Virus record (IMG/VR): IMGVR_UViG_3300032030_000040
Location: 1-64,000 of that record
DNA: 64,000 nucleotides
Source of the DNA: a virus
Taxonomy: Duplodnaviria > Caudoviricetes
Reading direction: 5' to 3' (one strand)
Shown here: one piece after another, positions 9,063 to 18,392 of the stretch
Layout of the letters: the number at the start of each line of letters is the position of its first letter
How positions within the stretch are numbered: position 1 is the stretch's first letter
Position numbers and translations under genes: made by a program
Notes under the pieces: generated by a model
The model's input: only the letters and a program-made list of their open reading frames with translations
The model's database searches: none
Told to the model about the DNA's origin: nothing

Positions 9063-9082
9063 CAAGGTAATAATTTGGAACT

Positions 9083-9487
9083 ATGATAAGAGAACGTATT
9101 TATCAGCAGATGTTGAAGCGTGGAGTGAACCAGACAACGCTCTGCAATGACCTCTGTCTGCAGGTGTCTAATTTCAATGCCTTCATCCGTGGCAACAGGT
9201 CTATGCCATTCAAGGACCTTGTGGCCGTGATGAAGTATCTTCGCCTGTCGGTAGCACCGAAAGGGACGGAGTTCACCAGTACGCCTCCGGAGAACATCAA
9301 CGAGATTTTCAGGAACCGCATCAAGCAGGGTGGCTTGAAGCTGGTGGAGGTGGAAGCTGCCTCCGGCATCAACAGAACAAGTATCTCCAGTATCATTACT
9401 GGAAAGCACGTCACGTCATCGAGGAACCTTGGGAAGCTCATGCAGGCTCTTGGTCTCGAAATCGTGCCGTTCAAGGCAACAGTTTAA
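9083..9487 (+). CDS. transcriptional regulator with two tandem XRE/Cro-like HTH domains (candidate repressor)
   Basis: GVNQTTLCNDL.LQVSNFNAFIRG and GLKLVEVEAASGINRTSISSIITG...LGKLMQALGL. Confidence 0.8.
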   Translation: MIRERIYQQMLKRGVNQTTLCNDLCLQVSNFNAFIRGNRSMPFKDLVAVMKYLRLSVAPKGTEFTSTPPENINEIFRNRIKQGGLKLVEVEAASGINRTSISSIITGKHVTSSRNLGKLMQALGLEIVPFKATV

Positions 9488-9504
9488 TTCAAAACAATAT
9501 CAGG

Positions 9505-10179
9505 ATGGAAATAGTAAGAAAGAAACTTGACGAGCTTATTCCAGCTGACTACAATCCAAGAAAGGATCTGCAGGAAGCCGATAAGGAATACCAGGACATC
9601 AAGAGTGGTATTCTGGAATACGGTCTTGTCATTCCGCTTATCATGAACAAGCGGACGGGCAACCTTGTGAATGGCCATCAGAGGCTAAAGGTGCTGAAAG
9701 ACCTCGGCTGGACTGAGGTAGAGGTCAGTATCGTGGATATGGACGAGAAGAAGGAGAAAGCCCTGAATCTCGCACTCAGTCGTATTGACGGTGACTTTGA
9801 CAACAAGGCACTGACAACTGTCATGGCAGAAGTCCGTGCTGCTGGCATCGACCCGATGACTCTTGGCTTCACGAAGTCAGAGGTTGAGAAGATGTTCCCA
9901 GCGCAGATGCAGGCTGAGAACCTGTTCGGTGACGACAAGGACAATCCCTTCAAGGACTTTGACAACAAGCCAGAGGAAACGGAGGTTGTCGCCATGGTCG
10001 GGAAGTACCGCTTCAGCATGGATAAGAGCAAGATGGAGGAAGTCATGGGTGATATCCGCTACCGCAATGGCTTTGTGAAGGAGAGTGTGGAGAAAGAAAT
10101 CAAGCTGAGATTATTCTATGGGAAAGAATGGGAAAAGCACCTCGCAGACGATGACGTTTCGGACGCTGAAGGTAAGTGA
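9505..10179 (+). CDS. ParB/Srx N-terminal domain protein
   Basis: PADYNPRK, LVNGHQRLKVL, EKALNLAL. Confidence 0.85.
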   Translation: MEIVRKKLDELIPADYNPRKDLQEADKEYQDIKSGILEYGLVIPLIMNKRTGNLVNGHQRLKVLKDLGWTEVEVSIVDMDEKKEKALNLALSRIDGDFDNKALTTVMAEVRAAGIDPMTLGFTKSEVEKMFPAQMQAENLFGDDKDNPFKDFDNKPEETEVVAMVGKYRFSMDKSKMEEVMGDIRYRNGFVKESVEKEIKLRLFYGKEWEKHLADDDVSDAEGK

Positions 10180-10768
10180 GATAGAAGAGGCCTTCTACAA
10201 TCCCCGTAAGGTGATGAAGAAAGGCAGTAAGAAATACGACAACCTCAAGAGCTCTCTGGAGGATTTCGGCTATGTCGAGCCTCTGGTGGTCAACGAGGTC
10301 AACAACCGCCTTATCTCTGGTCACCAGCGTTTGAACGTCTTGCGTGACATGGGGCAGGAAGAGGTGGAGGTGTCTATCGTCCATATTGAGGAAGAGGCAA
10401 GGGAGAAGGCCCTGAATATCCTGTTGAACAAAGTCAAGGGAAAGTGGGATAAGACCAAACTGGCCGATGTTCTCAAGTCCATTGGTGACGAGTACAATGC
10501 CCTTGACCTCGGATTCGAGGAAGGAGATATCGCAGAGTTCCTGAAGAACGATGACGATCTGGGCGTTGACGGAGCCAAGGCTGACGAAATGGATTCCGGC
10601 ATCAAGCTAAGGAAGGATGCAGCAGCCGTGGTTGTCGCCATTGCTGGTGTCCGTTTCAATATCCCAGCCCCAGAGTTTGCGGAGCTGGAGAAGGGGCTGA
10701 TAGAGCAGGGCTTCTTCAGTGAGAAGGAAATGAGTGAAGAACTTAAAAATAGATTTATTGCCGAATGA
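10118..10768 (+). CDS. ParB/Srx N-terminal domain protein (paralog; start may be ATG 10151)
   Basis: AFYNPRK, FGYVEPLVVN, ISGHQRL, EKALNILLNK. Confidence 0.85.
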   Translation: MGKNGKSTSQTMTFRTLKVSEIEEAFYNPRKVMKKGSKKYDNLKSSLEDFGYVEPLVVNEVNNRLISGHQRLNVLRDMGQEEVEVSIVHIEEEAREKALNILLNKVKGKWDKTKLADVLKSIGDEYNALDLGFEEGDIAEFLKNDDDLGVDGAKADEMDSGIKLRKDAAAVVVAIAGVRFNIPAPEFAELEKGLIEQGFFSEKEMSEELKNRFIAE

Positions 10769-12297
10769 TACAGATGGTAGCGCTGGATAAAATCCATGCA
10801 TCGACTTACAACCCACGAAAGTCAGACCCCAAGCGTCTTGACCTATTGGAGCTTTCCTTGCGGAAGCTCGGTTTCGTTTCTCCTATCGTCGTGGACCAGG
10901 GAGGCGAGATAATCTCTGGCCACCAGCGTAGCTTCGTGGCTTCAAGGATGGGTGTGAAGAGGGTACCTATCACCATTATCCCACGAATGACCCTTGATGA
11001 GCGTAAGAGTCTCAACATCGTGTTCAACCGTGCCACCAATGACCTGAAGCGCAGCGACACTTGCCAGACGGTAAAGGAGTATATCAGCAAGTATGACGTT
11101 GAAGCAATCGCCTCGGAGTTGCCAGACCTCACTCCAGATACTCCAGAGTTCTATCCGTGTATGTACACAAAGACTGGTGACAGTTTCGAGCTGTTGAAGA
11201 AGAACGCCGGAAAGGTAAACCAGTACGCTACGAATATGTACGGGAGCCTGGCACGAAAGAAGATTGAGCTGCCTACTGTCGTGGATGAGGAAGACAATGT
11301 GGTGAATGGAATCGGACGTGTCTGCTACTATGCCCAGCACAATGTCCGTCCTATTCCCATCTGCAGAATAACCAAAGCTCAGGCACAGTTCGCCAACCTC
11401 ATGCTGAACTACCTGACCATGGACTTCGATATCCAGAACCGTTATGCCGACACCCTCCGTCACAATTCCTTCATGAGAACGAGGAACACCCGTGCAGGAG
11501 GTCTTGGCTGTGGCTTCTACAAGGGACTGTGGCCACGCCTGAAATGTGTTGATACAATGATACTGGAAGGCCAGAAGAAGGATGAGTGGGTAGGACGTTT
11601 CGGTGACAGCATCGTTGACTTCGGTGCTGGAAAGCTCAACAACACCCGAATACTCAGGGAGAGCGGAATCCAGTGCTCTGCCTTTGAGCCGTACTTCATA
11701 GCCACTGGAGAGGAAATCAGCAAGACGGAGAGCTTGAAGATAGACCGCAAGTTCCTCGAAGAGATAGCGGACGGGCGCAAGTTCACCGCCATCTTCATTT
11801 CCTCTGTGTTCAACTCAGTACCCTTCATGGCTGACCGCATGGCCATTGCGACCATCTGTTCCGCACTGTCAAGCCCTGATACGATATGCGTATGCTGGAC
11901 TCAGGGTGTGAATGTCGGTAACAATGCCGCCATTTCAAGTAACGTGCAGAGCAAGACCGCCGCAGGTCAGATAACCTTCAATATTGACTACGAGCCGAAT
12001 GTGGTTCTGGGTGACTTCTCCAAGCTGCCGAAGGTGCAGAAGTACCATACCAACCGTGAGATATTCGATATCTTCAATCCTGTGTACGGCGATATCTACC
12101 GCCTTGACACCATTGACGGATATGTGTATATGGAGGCACGGGGCACCAGACTTGACGTGAACAATGCCGAGTACATGGAAAGGTTGCGCAAGGCCATAGA
12201 ATTTGAGTTTGACCTTCCCTATCCTGACGGAACCCGTGCAGGACTGGTTGACGAGGCCAAGGCTGCTTTCAGCAAACGTTTAGGAGTGCAGATTTGA
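10765..12297 (+). CDS. ParB-domain protein fused to a class I SAM-dependent transferase fold
   Basis: YNPRK...ISGHQR, a second degenerate ParB unit (VVNGIGR), and C-terminal IVDFGAGK, AFEPY, IFISSVFNSVPF. Confidence 0.75.
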   Translation: MIQMVALDKIHASTYNPRKSDPKRLDLLELSLRKLGFVSPIVVDQGGEIISGHQRSFVASRMGVKRVPITIIPRMTLDERKSLNIVFNRATNDLKRSDTCQTVKEYISKYDVEAIASELPDLTPDTPEFYPCMYTKTGDSFELLKKNAGKVNQYATNMYGSLARKKIELPTVVDEEDNVVNGIGRVCYYAQHNVRPIPICRITKAQAQFANLMLNYLTMDFDIQNRYADTLRHNSFMRTRNTRAGGLGCGFYKGLWPRLKCVDTMILEGQKKDEWVGRFGDSIVDFGAGKLNNTRILRESGIQCSAFEPYFIATGEEISKTESLKIDRKFLEEIADGRKFTAIFISSVFNSVPFMADRMAIATICSALSSPDTICVCWTQGVNVGNNAAISSNVQSKTAAGQITFNIDYEPNVVLGDFSKLPKVQKYHTNREIFDIFNPVYGDIYRLDTIDGYVYMEARGTRLDVNNAEYMERLRKAIEFEFDLPYPDGTRAGLVDEAKAAFSKRLGVQI

Positions 12298-12349
12298 TAA
12301 ATTATTCTCTCTGAAAATTTGTATATTTGATAAATTTTTTGTACCTTTG
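12292..12349 (+). promoter_or_regulatory. repeated promoter with ATATTTGATAAA box but without the conserved leader
   Basis: TTTG 12318-12321, 20-nt spacer, TACCTTTG 12342-12349; extra TTTGATAA at 12293-12300. Confidence 0.8.
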
Positions 12350-12382
12350 TAGAAGGAAAAATATAAAAATTGGAATATCAAA

Positions 12383-12877
12383 ATGAAAGATAGAATAATT
12401 CTGTTGGATTTGAACTACACGCTGGTAAGCAACCAGGAAAAGACTCGTATGATACGGCCTTTCTCTTCCCGTCTCAGGGCAGAGGAATACCGTAAGGACT
12501 TAATTGAGGCCATCAAGGAGAACCCCGTCATCATCATCACGGCCAGACCGTCATATCAGGGGCGGGAGTCTCTGGAGAACATTCAGAGGAAGACACGCTG
12601 GAACCCGATGGAGGCGTACTTCAATGACCTCAACCTCGATCCGCCTTCAATCAAAGAGAGCATCCTGGAGCGTTTCGTCTTTCCCAAGCACGGAAATGAC
12701 GGGAAGCTGTATTTTGCCGTGGAGAGCAATCCGAGAACGAGGGCTATGTATTACCGTCACGGAATCCCTGCGGAACCCTATGACAAGTTCATCCAGCGGT
12801 TCCCAGAGATTGTGTTGCGGATGACTAAAGACCCTGCACAGTTAGAATTATTCACAGATGAAACCGAATCAAAATAA
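12383..12877 (+). CDS. HAD-superfamily-like protein with variant motifs
   Basis: ILLDLNYTL (DxN), IITARP, AVESNP. Confidence 0.6.
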   Translation: MKDRIILLDLNYTLVSNQEKTRMIRPFSSRLRAEEYRKDLIEAIKENPVIIITARPSYQGRESLENIQRKTRWNPMEAYFNDLNLDPPSIKESILERFVFPKHGNDGKLYFAVESNPRTRAMYYRHGIPAEPYDKFIQRFPEIVLRMTKDPAQLELFTDETESK

Positions 12878-13607
12878 GAGTAAAGGCGAGAAAGGACAGG
12901 ACAATTATATCCCCACCCAGAAATGGGAGTTCAATAAAGAGGTGACAGACGTATTCCCCAATATGCTGTCTCGCTCCATCCCTGGCTATGACAGTATGCG
13001 AGAGCTCGTTTACCGCATGGCCAGAAACTTCGTGAAGGAAGGGACCAACGTCCTTGATATCGGTTGCTCCACTGGTATCTCGTCTGAGCTGCTAATCAAG
13101 AACTTTGGAGCCAAGTGTAACTTCGTCCTGACCGACGTAAGCGAGCCGATGATTGAGAAGTGCCGTGAGAAGTACGCCACTGAGATAAAGGACGGCTATG
13201 TAAACGTGAAGTACAGCGACCTTCGGGAGAAGCTGCCCGTAAAAGGCTGTTCCGTTATCCTGTCCTGCCTGACCATCCAGTTCACCCCTATTGAATACCG
13301 CCAGTTCATCTTCAAGAACATCTTCGAGTCCTTGGAGCCTGGCGGAGCCCTCATACTGGTGGAGAAGGTCATGGGAAACAGTGACGATATAGACCAAGTG
13401 CTTGTGAAGGAATACTATGATATCAAGCGTGACAACCAGTACACCGAGGAACAGATAAAGACCAAGCGCCGTAGTCTGGAGGGTTCACTGGTACCGCTGA
13501 CCATCAACATGAACGAGCAGCTGCTGAACATCAGTGGCTTCAGAAAGGTAGATACGTTCTGGAGATATCTGAACTTCGTGGCCCTCATAGCGATAAAGGA
13601 GAGATAG
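12858..13607 (+). CDS. cmoA: CmoA-like carboxy-S-adenosylmethionine synthase
   Basis: WEFNKEVTDVFPNMLSRSIPGY, VLDIGCSTG, LTIQF, LEPGGALILVEK, KRDNQYTEEQIKTKRRSLE and YLNF parallel E. coli CmoA along the full length, including the KR arginine. Confidence 0.85.
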   Translation: MKPNQNKSKGEKGQDNYIPTQKWEFNKEVTDVFPNMLSRSIPGYDSMRELVYRMARNFVKEGTNVLDIGCSTGISSELLIKNFGAKCNFVLTDVSEPMIEKCREKYATEIKDGYVNVKYSDLREKLPVKGCSVILSCLTIQFTPIEYRQFIFKNIFESLEPGGALILVEKVMGNSDDIDQVLVKEYYDIKRDNQYTEEQIKTKRRSLEGSLVPLTINMNEQLLNISGFRKVDTFWRYLNFVALIAIKER

Positions 13608-13610
13608 CCT

Positions 13611-14177
13611 ATGCCAGCACCAAAAGGAAACCAGTACTACAAGTTGGCAAAGGAAGCCCTTGGGCGCCCCCGTACCATCCCCACTGCCGAAGAGTTCACC
13701 GAAAGGTTCTTGGAATATGTGGCATGGAGCGAGGACAACCCCATCCTTGCCAAAAGGGCCTCACGAAGAGAAGGAGGGACAACGGTCAATGGAACCGCCA
13801 AAGACCCAGAGACCCGTCTGGACTCAGAATCAAAGCGCCGCCCACTCTCCATGTATGGCTTCTGTGCCTACCTCGGAGTGAGCAGGAAATGGTTTGAAAT
13901 GAGGCTCAAGATGCTGGAGGAAAAGGGCGATGAACGTACCGAAGAGGAAGAAGATTATTTTACCGCCATGTCACGCGCGAAGAGCATCATTGAAATGCAG
14001 CAGTACGACGGTGCCAGTGTTGGCGACTTCAACGCCACCCTTACCATGAGGGCGCTGGGACTTGGTGACAAGGTGGATATGACCAGCGACGGTGCGCCCA
14101 TACAGACTGCATTACCAATCATTAACATAATGAGAGACGAACGCTGTGCAGAAACAGGTGGACGTGAAGCTGAATGA
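13611..14177 (+). CDS. terminase small subunit (P22 gp3-like)
   Basis: MPAPKGNQY...GRPR, RPLSMYGFCAYLGV, QQYDGASVGDFNA; precedes the large subunit. Confidence 0.85.
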   Translation: MPAPKGNQYYKLAKEALGRPRTIPTAEEFTERFLEYVAWSEDNPILAKRASRREGGTTVNGTAKDPETRLDSESKRRPLSMYGFCAYLGVSRKWFEMRLKMLEEKGDERTEEEEDYFTAMSRAKSIIEMQQYDGASVGDFNATLTMRALGLGDKVDMTSDGAPIQTALPIINIMRDERCAETGGREAE

Positions 14178-15513
14178 CAAGCAGTTCGAGGCATATGACA
14201 TTCTTACCGACATGGATAACGGTGTCACAGAACTGTTATACGGAGGCGGCGCACGAGGCGGAAAAAGCTGGCTGGGCTGCTTCTGGCAGATAACCAATCG
14301 CCTGAAATATCCTAAATCCGTCGGCTTCATCTGCCGAGAGCAGCTTATCCAGCTCATGGATACCACCTTCAAGACCTTCCTTGAGGTGCTGGACTTCCTC
14401 GGACTGACACAGCAGGTCGTGTACAAAGGCGGCATGGTCAACAGCTTCTTCTTCCCGAATGGCTCGATGATTTACTTCCGCTCAGTGCAGTACAAGCCCA
14501 GAGACCCGAACTTCGACCGCTTCGGTTCGTACAGCATCACGGACCTGTTCGTGGATGAGAGTCAGGAGATAGCGGAGAAAGCCATCAACGTGCTCAGGGC
14601 TCGTTTCTCCCTGCTGGAAGGCCCGAACCCAGACGGTACGAAATGGCACGTCATCCCGAAGTCCATGTATAGCTGTAACCCTTCAAGGGGCTGGAACTAC
14701 ACCCAGTTCGTGAAACCAGCCAAGGACGGGACTCTTGCACCATTCAGGCGTTTCATCAAGGCTCTGCCGAAGGACAACCCGTATATCACTCAGGACTACA
14801 TCGACAACCTGTTACGCTCTGATAAGATAACCATCCAGCGACTCTACTACGGAAACTTCGAGTACGATGACGATCCGGCTTCGCTGATAGACTACGACGC
14901 ACTTGTTGACCTTTTCCACAACGAGCATATCCAGCAGGTGGGAGGTCGCAGCTGCTCAGCCGATATCGCAACAAAGGGACGTGACCGATTCGTTGCAGGC
15001 TCATGGATAGGGAATGTGTGCACCATCCGCATAGACAAGGAATACTCACCGTCGAAGGAGGTGCAGGAGGACTTGAAACAGCTGATGATAAAGGACTCCA
15101 TACCAAGGACGCTGACAGTGGTGGATGCCGACGGCGTAGGCTCGTTCCTGGAGTCGTACCTTGACGGTATCAAGGAGTTCCACGGAGGCGGTAAACCGCA
15201 AGACCCCCGTTATCAGAATCTCAGGGCTGAGTGTTACTTCAAGCTGGCAGAGCTGATAAACGCCAGAAGGATAAGGGTCATCTGTACCGATGAGCAGCGA
15301 GAGCGAATCATTGACGAGCTGGGCGCACTCAAGCAGGCACATATCGACAATGACGTTGGCAAGAAGGACGTCATCAAAAAAGACGAGTGGAAGACCCTGC
15401 TGGGTGGCAAATCCCCTGACTATTCGGATATGTTGATGATGGCCATGATATTCAGACGAGGCAAGGCAACGGCAGGCGCACAGGCCTCAGTGAAGATACG
15501 CAGTAATGAATGA
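14146..15513 (+). CDS. terminase large subunit
   Basis: Walker A YGGGARGGKS, Walker B LFVDESQE, SCNP, DNPY, nuclease ADIATKGRD and SPDYSD. Confidence 0.93.
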   Translation: MQKQVDVKLNDKQFEAYDILTDMDNGVTELLYGGGARGGKSWLGCFWQITNRLKYPKSVGFICREQLIQLMDTTFKTFLEVLDFLGLTQQVVYKGGMVNSFFFPNGSMIYFRSVQYKPRDPNFDRFGSYSITDLFVDESQEIAEKAINVLRARFSLLEGPNPDGTKWHVIPKSMYSCNPSRGWNYTQFVKPAKDGTLAPFRRFIKALPKDNPYITQDYIDNLLRSDKITIQRLYYGNFEYDDDPASLIDYDALVDLFHNEHIQQVGGRSCSADIATKGRDRFVAGSWIGNVCTIRIDKEYSPSKEVQEDLKQLMIKDSIPRTLTVVDADGVGSFLESYLDGIKEFHGGGKPQDPRYQNLRAECYFKLAELINARRIRVICTDEQRERIIDELGALKQAHIDNDVGKKDVIKKDEWKTLLGGKSPDYSDMLMMAMIFRRGKATAGAQASVKIRSNE

Positions 15514-15574
15514 CGGAGTTCAGTAACTCGATATGCAAATAAGGTGAATCCACCAAAATTAAAATGTAATTTTG
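15507..15574 (+). promoter_or_regulatory. candidate activator-dependent late promoter
   Basis: TGAAT-N6-GTTCA dyad (15507-15522) and TAATTTTG (15567-15574), no -33 TTTG; same spacing as 43655-43722. Confidence 0.5.
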
Positions 15575-15577
15575 AAC

Positions 15578-16174
15578 ATGAAGAAAAAAAAGAAGCGCAA
15601 GCAAGGGAAGAAAATGGACTGCCAATACAAGGCTTTCCTCATGCTCTTCCCATTTGCATCAAAGGAAGTCCAGAAGGAGCTGCTGGAGAGACTGAAGAAC
15701 CAGCCGAGGCCCGAAACCCTCTGTGGAAAGGAAGTTCCGACAAACCTGAATGGTATCAGCTACGGCACTTTGGACGACCTTCGCTCTTCGGCAGACGATG
15801 ACGACCCTGCAGGAGCCTGTGCCAAGGTGCTGTTGGGAGTCGAGCCGAAAGAGCTGCTGCTGGAGGACGTGAATGACGTCTTTGGCTTTACGAATTTCGT
15901 AACGAAGGAGCTCAAGCGTATCAACGAGCTTTTCAAGTCCATCAAGATACACTACTCCAGAGAAGAGATTGCAGCTGGCATCCGTGAGCTTGACTTCGGC
16001 AGCTTCGGAGTCCTTGACTGGTACGCTAAGCGAATGGGAATCACCAACCAGAACGAGGTGCGCAGCGTGGCATGGGTACGTATCTACCAGTGCATGAAGA
16101 ACGATGCGATGAACAACAACTTCGAGCGCAAGCTGAGTGAGCAGTACAGAATGAATGCAGGTAAACGCAAGTAG
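15578..16174 (+). CDS. phage protein, possible tail assembly protein
   Basis: First gene of the tail cluster; family not firmly recognised. Confidence 0.55.
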   Translation: MKKKKKRKQGKKMDCQYKAFLMLFPFASKEVQKELLERLKNQPRPETLCGKEVPTNLNGISYGTLDDLRSSADDDDPAGACAKVLLGVEPKELLLEDVNDVFGFTNFVTKELKRINELFKSIKIHYSREEIAAGIRELDFGSFGVLDWYAKRMGITNQNEVRSVAWVRIYQCMKNDAMNNNFERKLSEQYRMNAGKRK

Positions 16175-16178
16175 AGAT

Positions 16179-16688
16179 ATGGAAACGACATTGAAGAATA
16201 TTGCCGAACATGGCACGGTGGAGAAGAAAATCCACAAGATTGTTGACAGCATGGGTGCCGACGTCGCCTATCAGTTCATGAACTGGGCTCAGGCAAACGT
16301 GGAGCTTGACCGTGTGGATAAGCCATCGGTCATTTACATACTCCCACCTGCAGGGGAGCTTGATTTCGGCTGGGCTCAGGTCAAGGACAGACCCGATGCC
16401 CAGATTGCGTTTGTAGCCCCTACCGACTTCGACTTTGACGGAGAAGAGAACGATGACATCATCGAGCAGATGAAGCGGCTGTGCATCAGGTTCATAAAGA
16501 AACTGAATGAGAGTGGCCTGTTCGAGCAGATAGAGGGCAGACAGCCCTACCGTGTCCTGTACGACTACCTTGACAGGAACGTGACGGGAATTGTCATCGA
16601 GCCCAAGCTGAAAGAGGAACAGGGAATACTCATCTGCGGTGACAGTGAAGTGAGAACGGAAGACGTGCTGGAGAATGGAGGCGATTAG
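16179..16688 (+). CDS. virion morphogenesis protein (tail completion-like)
   Basis: Acidic 169-aa ORF in the tail cluster. Confidence 0.5.
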   Translation: METTLKNIAEHGTVEKKIHKIVDSMGADVAYQFMNWAQANVELDRVDKPSVIYILPPAGELDFGWAQVKDRPDAQIAFVAPTDFDFDGEENDDIIEQMKRLCIRFIKKLNESGLFEQIEGRQPYRVLYDYLDRNVTGIVIEPKLKEEQGILICGDSEVRTEDVLENGGD

Positions 16689-17175
16689 GGACATAGTAGT
16701 TAAGCACCTGAAGGTCGTGCAGGATGGTATCGCTGCCAACATGAAGCAGCAGAACCGCACGACATCTGGCCGATCCGTCGCTTCGCTCAGGATTGAGGAC
16801 GAAGGAACAGAAGGACTTGCCCGTGTCATGCTCACTGGTGACAAGCAGTGGGAGGTCATGGAGAGAGGTCGAGGACCAGGCAAGGTGCCTCACAACTTCT
16901 CGGACATCATCAAGGAGTGGATATTGAAGAAGGGCATAAGCTACCGTCAGTTCGCTCCGAAGAACGGGAATCCAGAGAGAGGTCTGCAAAGTCTGAGCTA
17001 CATGATAGCGCACAGCATCATGAAGAAGGGAACAAAGCTCCATCGTGACAAAGGCTACAATGACATCTTCGACACCCTTCTTGAAGAAGAGACTGAGAAG
17101 CTGGCACTGGAGGCAACGGGAATAGTTGAAACAGAAATTGACAAGATAAACGACAAAGACGATGAGAACAATTAA
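16675..17175 (+). CDS. neck / tail-completion-like protein
   Basis: TSGRSVASL, ERGRGPGKVP and IAHSIMKKGT motifs typical of neck proteins. Confidence 0.6.
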   Translation: MEAIRDIVVKHLKVVQDGIAANMKQQNRTTSGRSVASLRIEDEGTEGLARVMLTGDKQWEVMERGRGPGKVPHNFSDIIKEWILKKGISYRQFAPKNGNPERGLQSLSYMIAHSIMKKGTKLHRDKGYNDIFDTLLEEETEKLALEATGIVETEIDKINDKDDENN

Positions 17176-18088
17176 CATATCCGGCGGCGGGCTATCAGGG
17201 AGTGCGACCATTCCCGATGCGGTTGTCTATGCGTTCAATCCGAACTACGTGGAGCTGAGCCTGTCAGGGTTTACGGGAGTAGTGAAGCTCGTAGCCAGTA
17301 GCGGAGGCCGTGACTATGACATTGACGTGACCGTGTTCAACGGCAGCGCAAGGTGTTACGTGTCAAGGCTCCTGCAGCTGTTCTTTGATGACTACGTGAA
17401 TACCCGTTCAAAGAGTGTCACGCTGAGTATCAGGACAGAGGAAGGCGTGTCTGCTGGCTCTGAATCATGTATGGTGCTGTGGGCAGCTCTGGAGGCTGGG
17501 CTGGAGTACGGCTACTATCTTCCTGTAGTCAGTGACCGAAACGGAGGTGGAAAGAGACTGAGGGAAATCGTGTGGTTCACTGGACTGCCCTTCAAGGTCT
17601 CGCTGTTCTCTGCTTCGTCTGGAATAACAGAGGCAGACCCGTCAAGCGTCAACGATGCAGGGATAAGGCTCATCAGGGACAGCTCAATGGAAGGCACGTA
17701 CCTTCGCTGGATTGACAACTACGGCTTCTGGCAGTACTACCTCTTTGTCAACGGACAGCGAAAGAGCAAGAATAAACTGGGCAGCGTTACTGTCGATGCA
17801 GAATACTCCGTCGGCGGAGTGTTCCATCAGGCGCAGCGGCATACCCATATAGAGAACACGGACACTATCAAGTGTTGTGCCGTCAACCTCAGAAAAGAGA
17901 TTCTTGCCTATGTCGAGACTATCTACAAATCACCGCATATCGAGCTGTATGTGGGAAAGGTCAGCGGAACGGAGGTTTGGAAGCCCGTCACGATCGAGGC
18001 AGGGAATTTGACCGTGGCTGCTGACAGAAAGCTATATGATTACGAAATATCAGTTACTTTACCAGAAACTCAGGTACAGACAATATGA
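17162..18088 (+). CDS. tail/baseplate structural protein
   Basis: YLRWIDNYGFWQYYLF motif; precedes the large tail protein. Confidence 0.6.
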   Translation: MRTINISGGGLSGSATIPDAVVYAFNPNYVELSLSGFTGVVKLVASSGGRDYDIDVTVFNGSARCYVSRLLQLFFDDYVNTRSKSVTLSIRTEEGVSAGSESCMVLWAALEAGLEYGYYLPVVSDRNGGGKRLREIVWFTGLPFKVSLFSASSGITEADPSSVNDAGIRLIRDSSMEGTYLRWIDNYGFWQYYLFVNGQRKSKNKLGSVTVDAEYSVGGVFHQAQRHTHIENTDTIKCCAVNLRKEILAYVETIYKSPHIELYVGKVSGTEVWKPVTIEAGNLTVAADRKLYDYEISVTLPETQVQTI

Positions 18089-18267
18089 CATATGCAGAAT
18101 ATAAGAAAGTGAAGGTCGGTGGCCAGTGCGTCATCATCCAGACTGGAGAACCAGGAACGGTGCTTGCCGTGAACCGTGAGAAGGACGAAATACTCCTTTC
18201 GGCAAAACGTGTAGGCATGGGTTTAACGAAACTTTGGTATAATTACACTTTACTCGGGAAGATATGA
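18085..18267 (+). CDS. small SH3/KOW-like protein
   Basis: KVGGQCVIIQTGEPGTVLAV; ATGA overlaps on both sides. Confidence 0.45.
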   Translation: MTYAEYKKVKVGGQCVIIQTGEPGTVLAVNREKDEILLSAKRVGMGLTKLWYNYTLLGKI

Positions 18268-18392
18268 AGACAGCTTTTATTATCGCCGGAATACTGTTGC
18301 TCCTTTTTGTGGCATATATCCTCATCAGAATTGTGCTTATCGCTATCATCGTCTATGCAGACACCCTAAAACGTAAAGGTCTCAGAAAATGA
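18264..18392 (+). CDS. 42-aa single-pass membrane protein (not in ORF track)
   Basis: MKTAFIIAGILLLLFVAYILIRIVLIAIIVYADTLKRKGLRK; ATGA overlaps with both neighbours. Confidence 0.55.
   Translation: MKTAFIIAGILLLLFVAYILIRIVLIAIIVYADTLKRKGLRK

Noticed and set aside
15544-15801. Alternative-frame ORF as a tail-chaperone frameshift product
   Set aside because: It overlaps the promoter and 5' part of the real gene, and no G/GT arrangement next to the tape measure was found.
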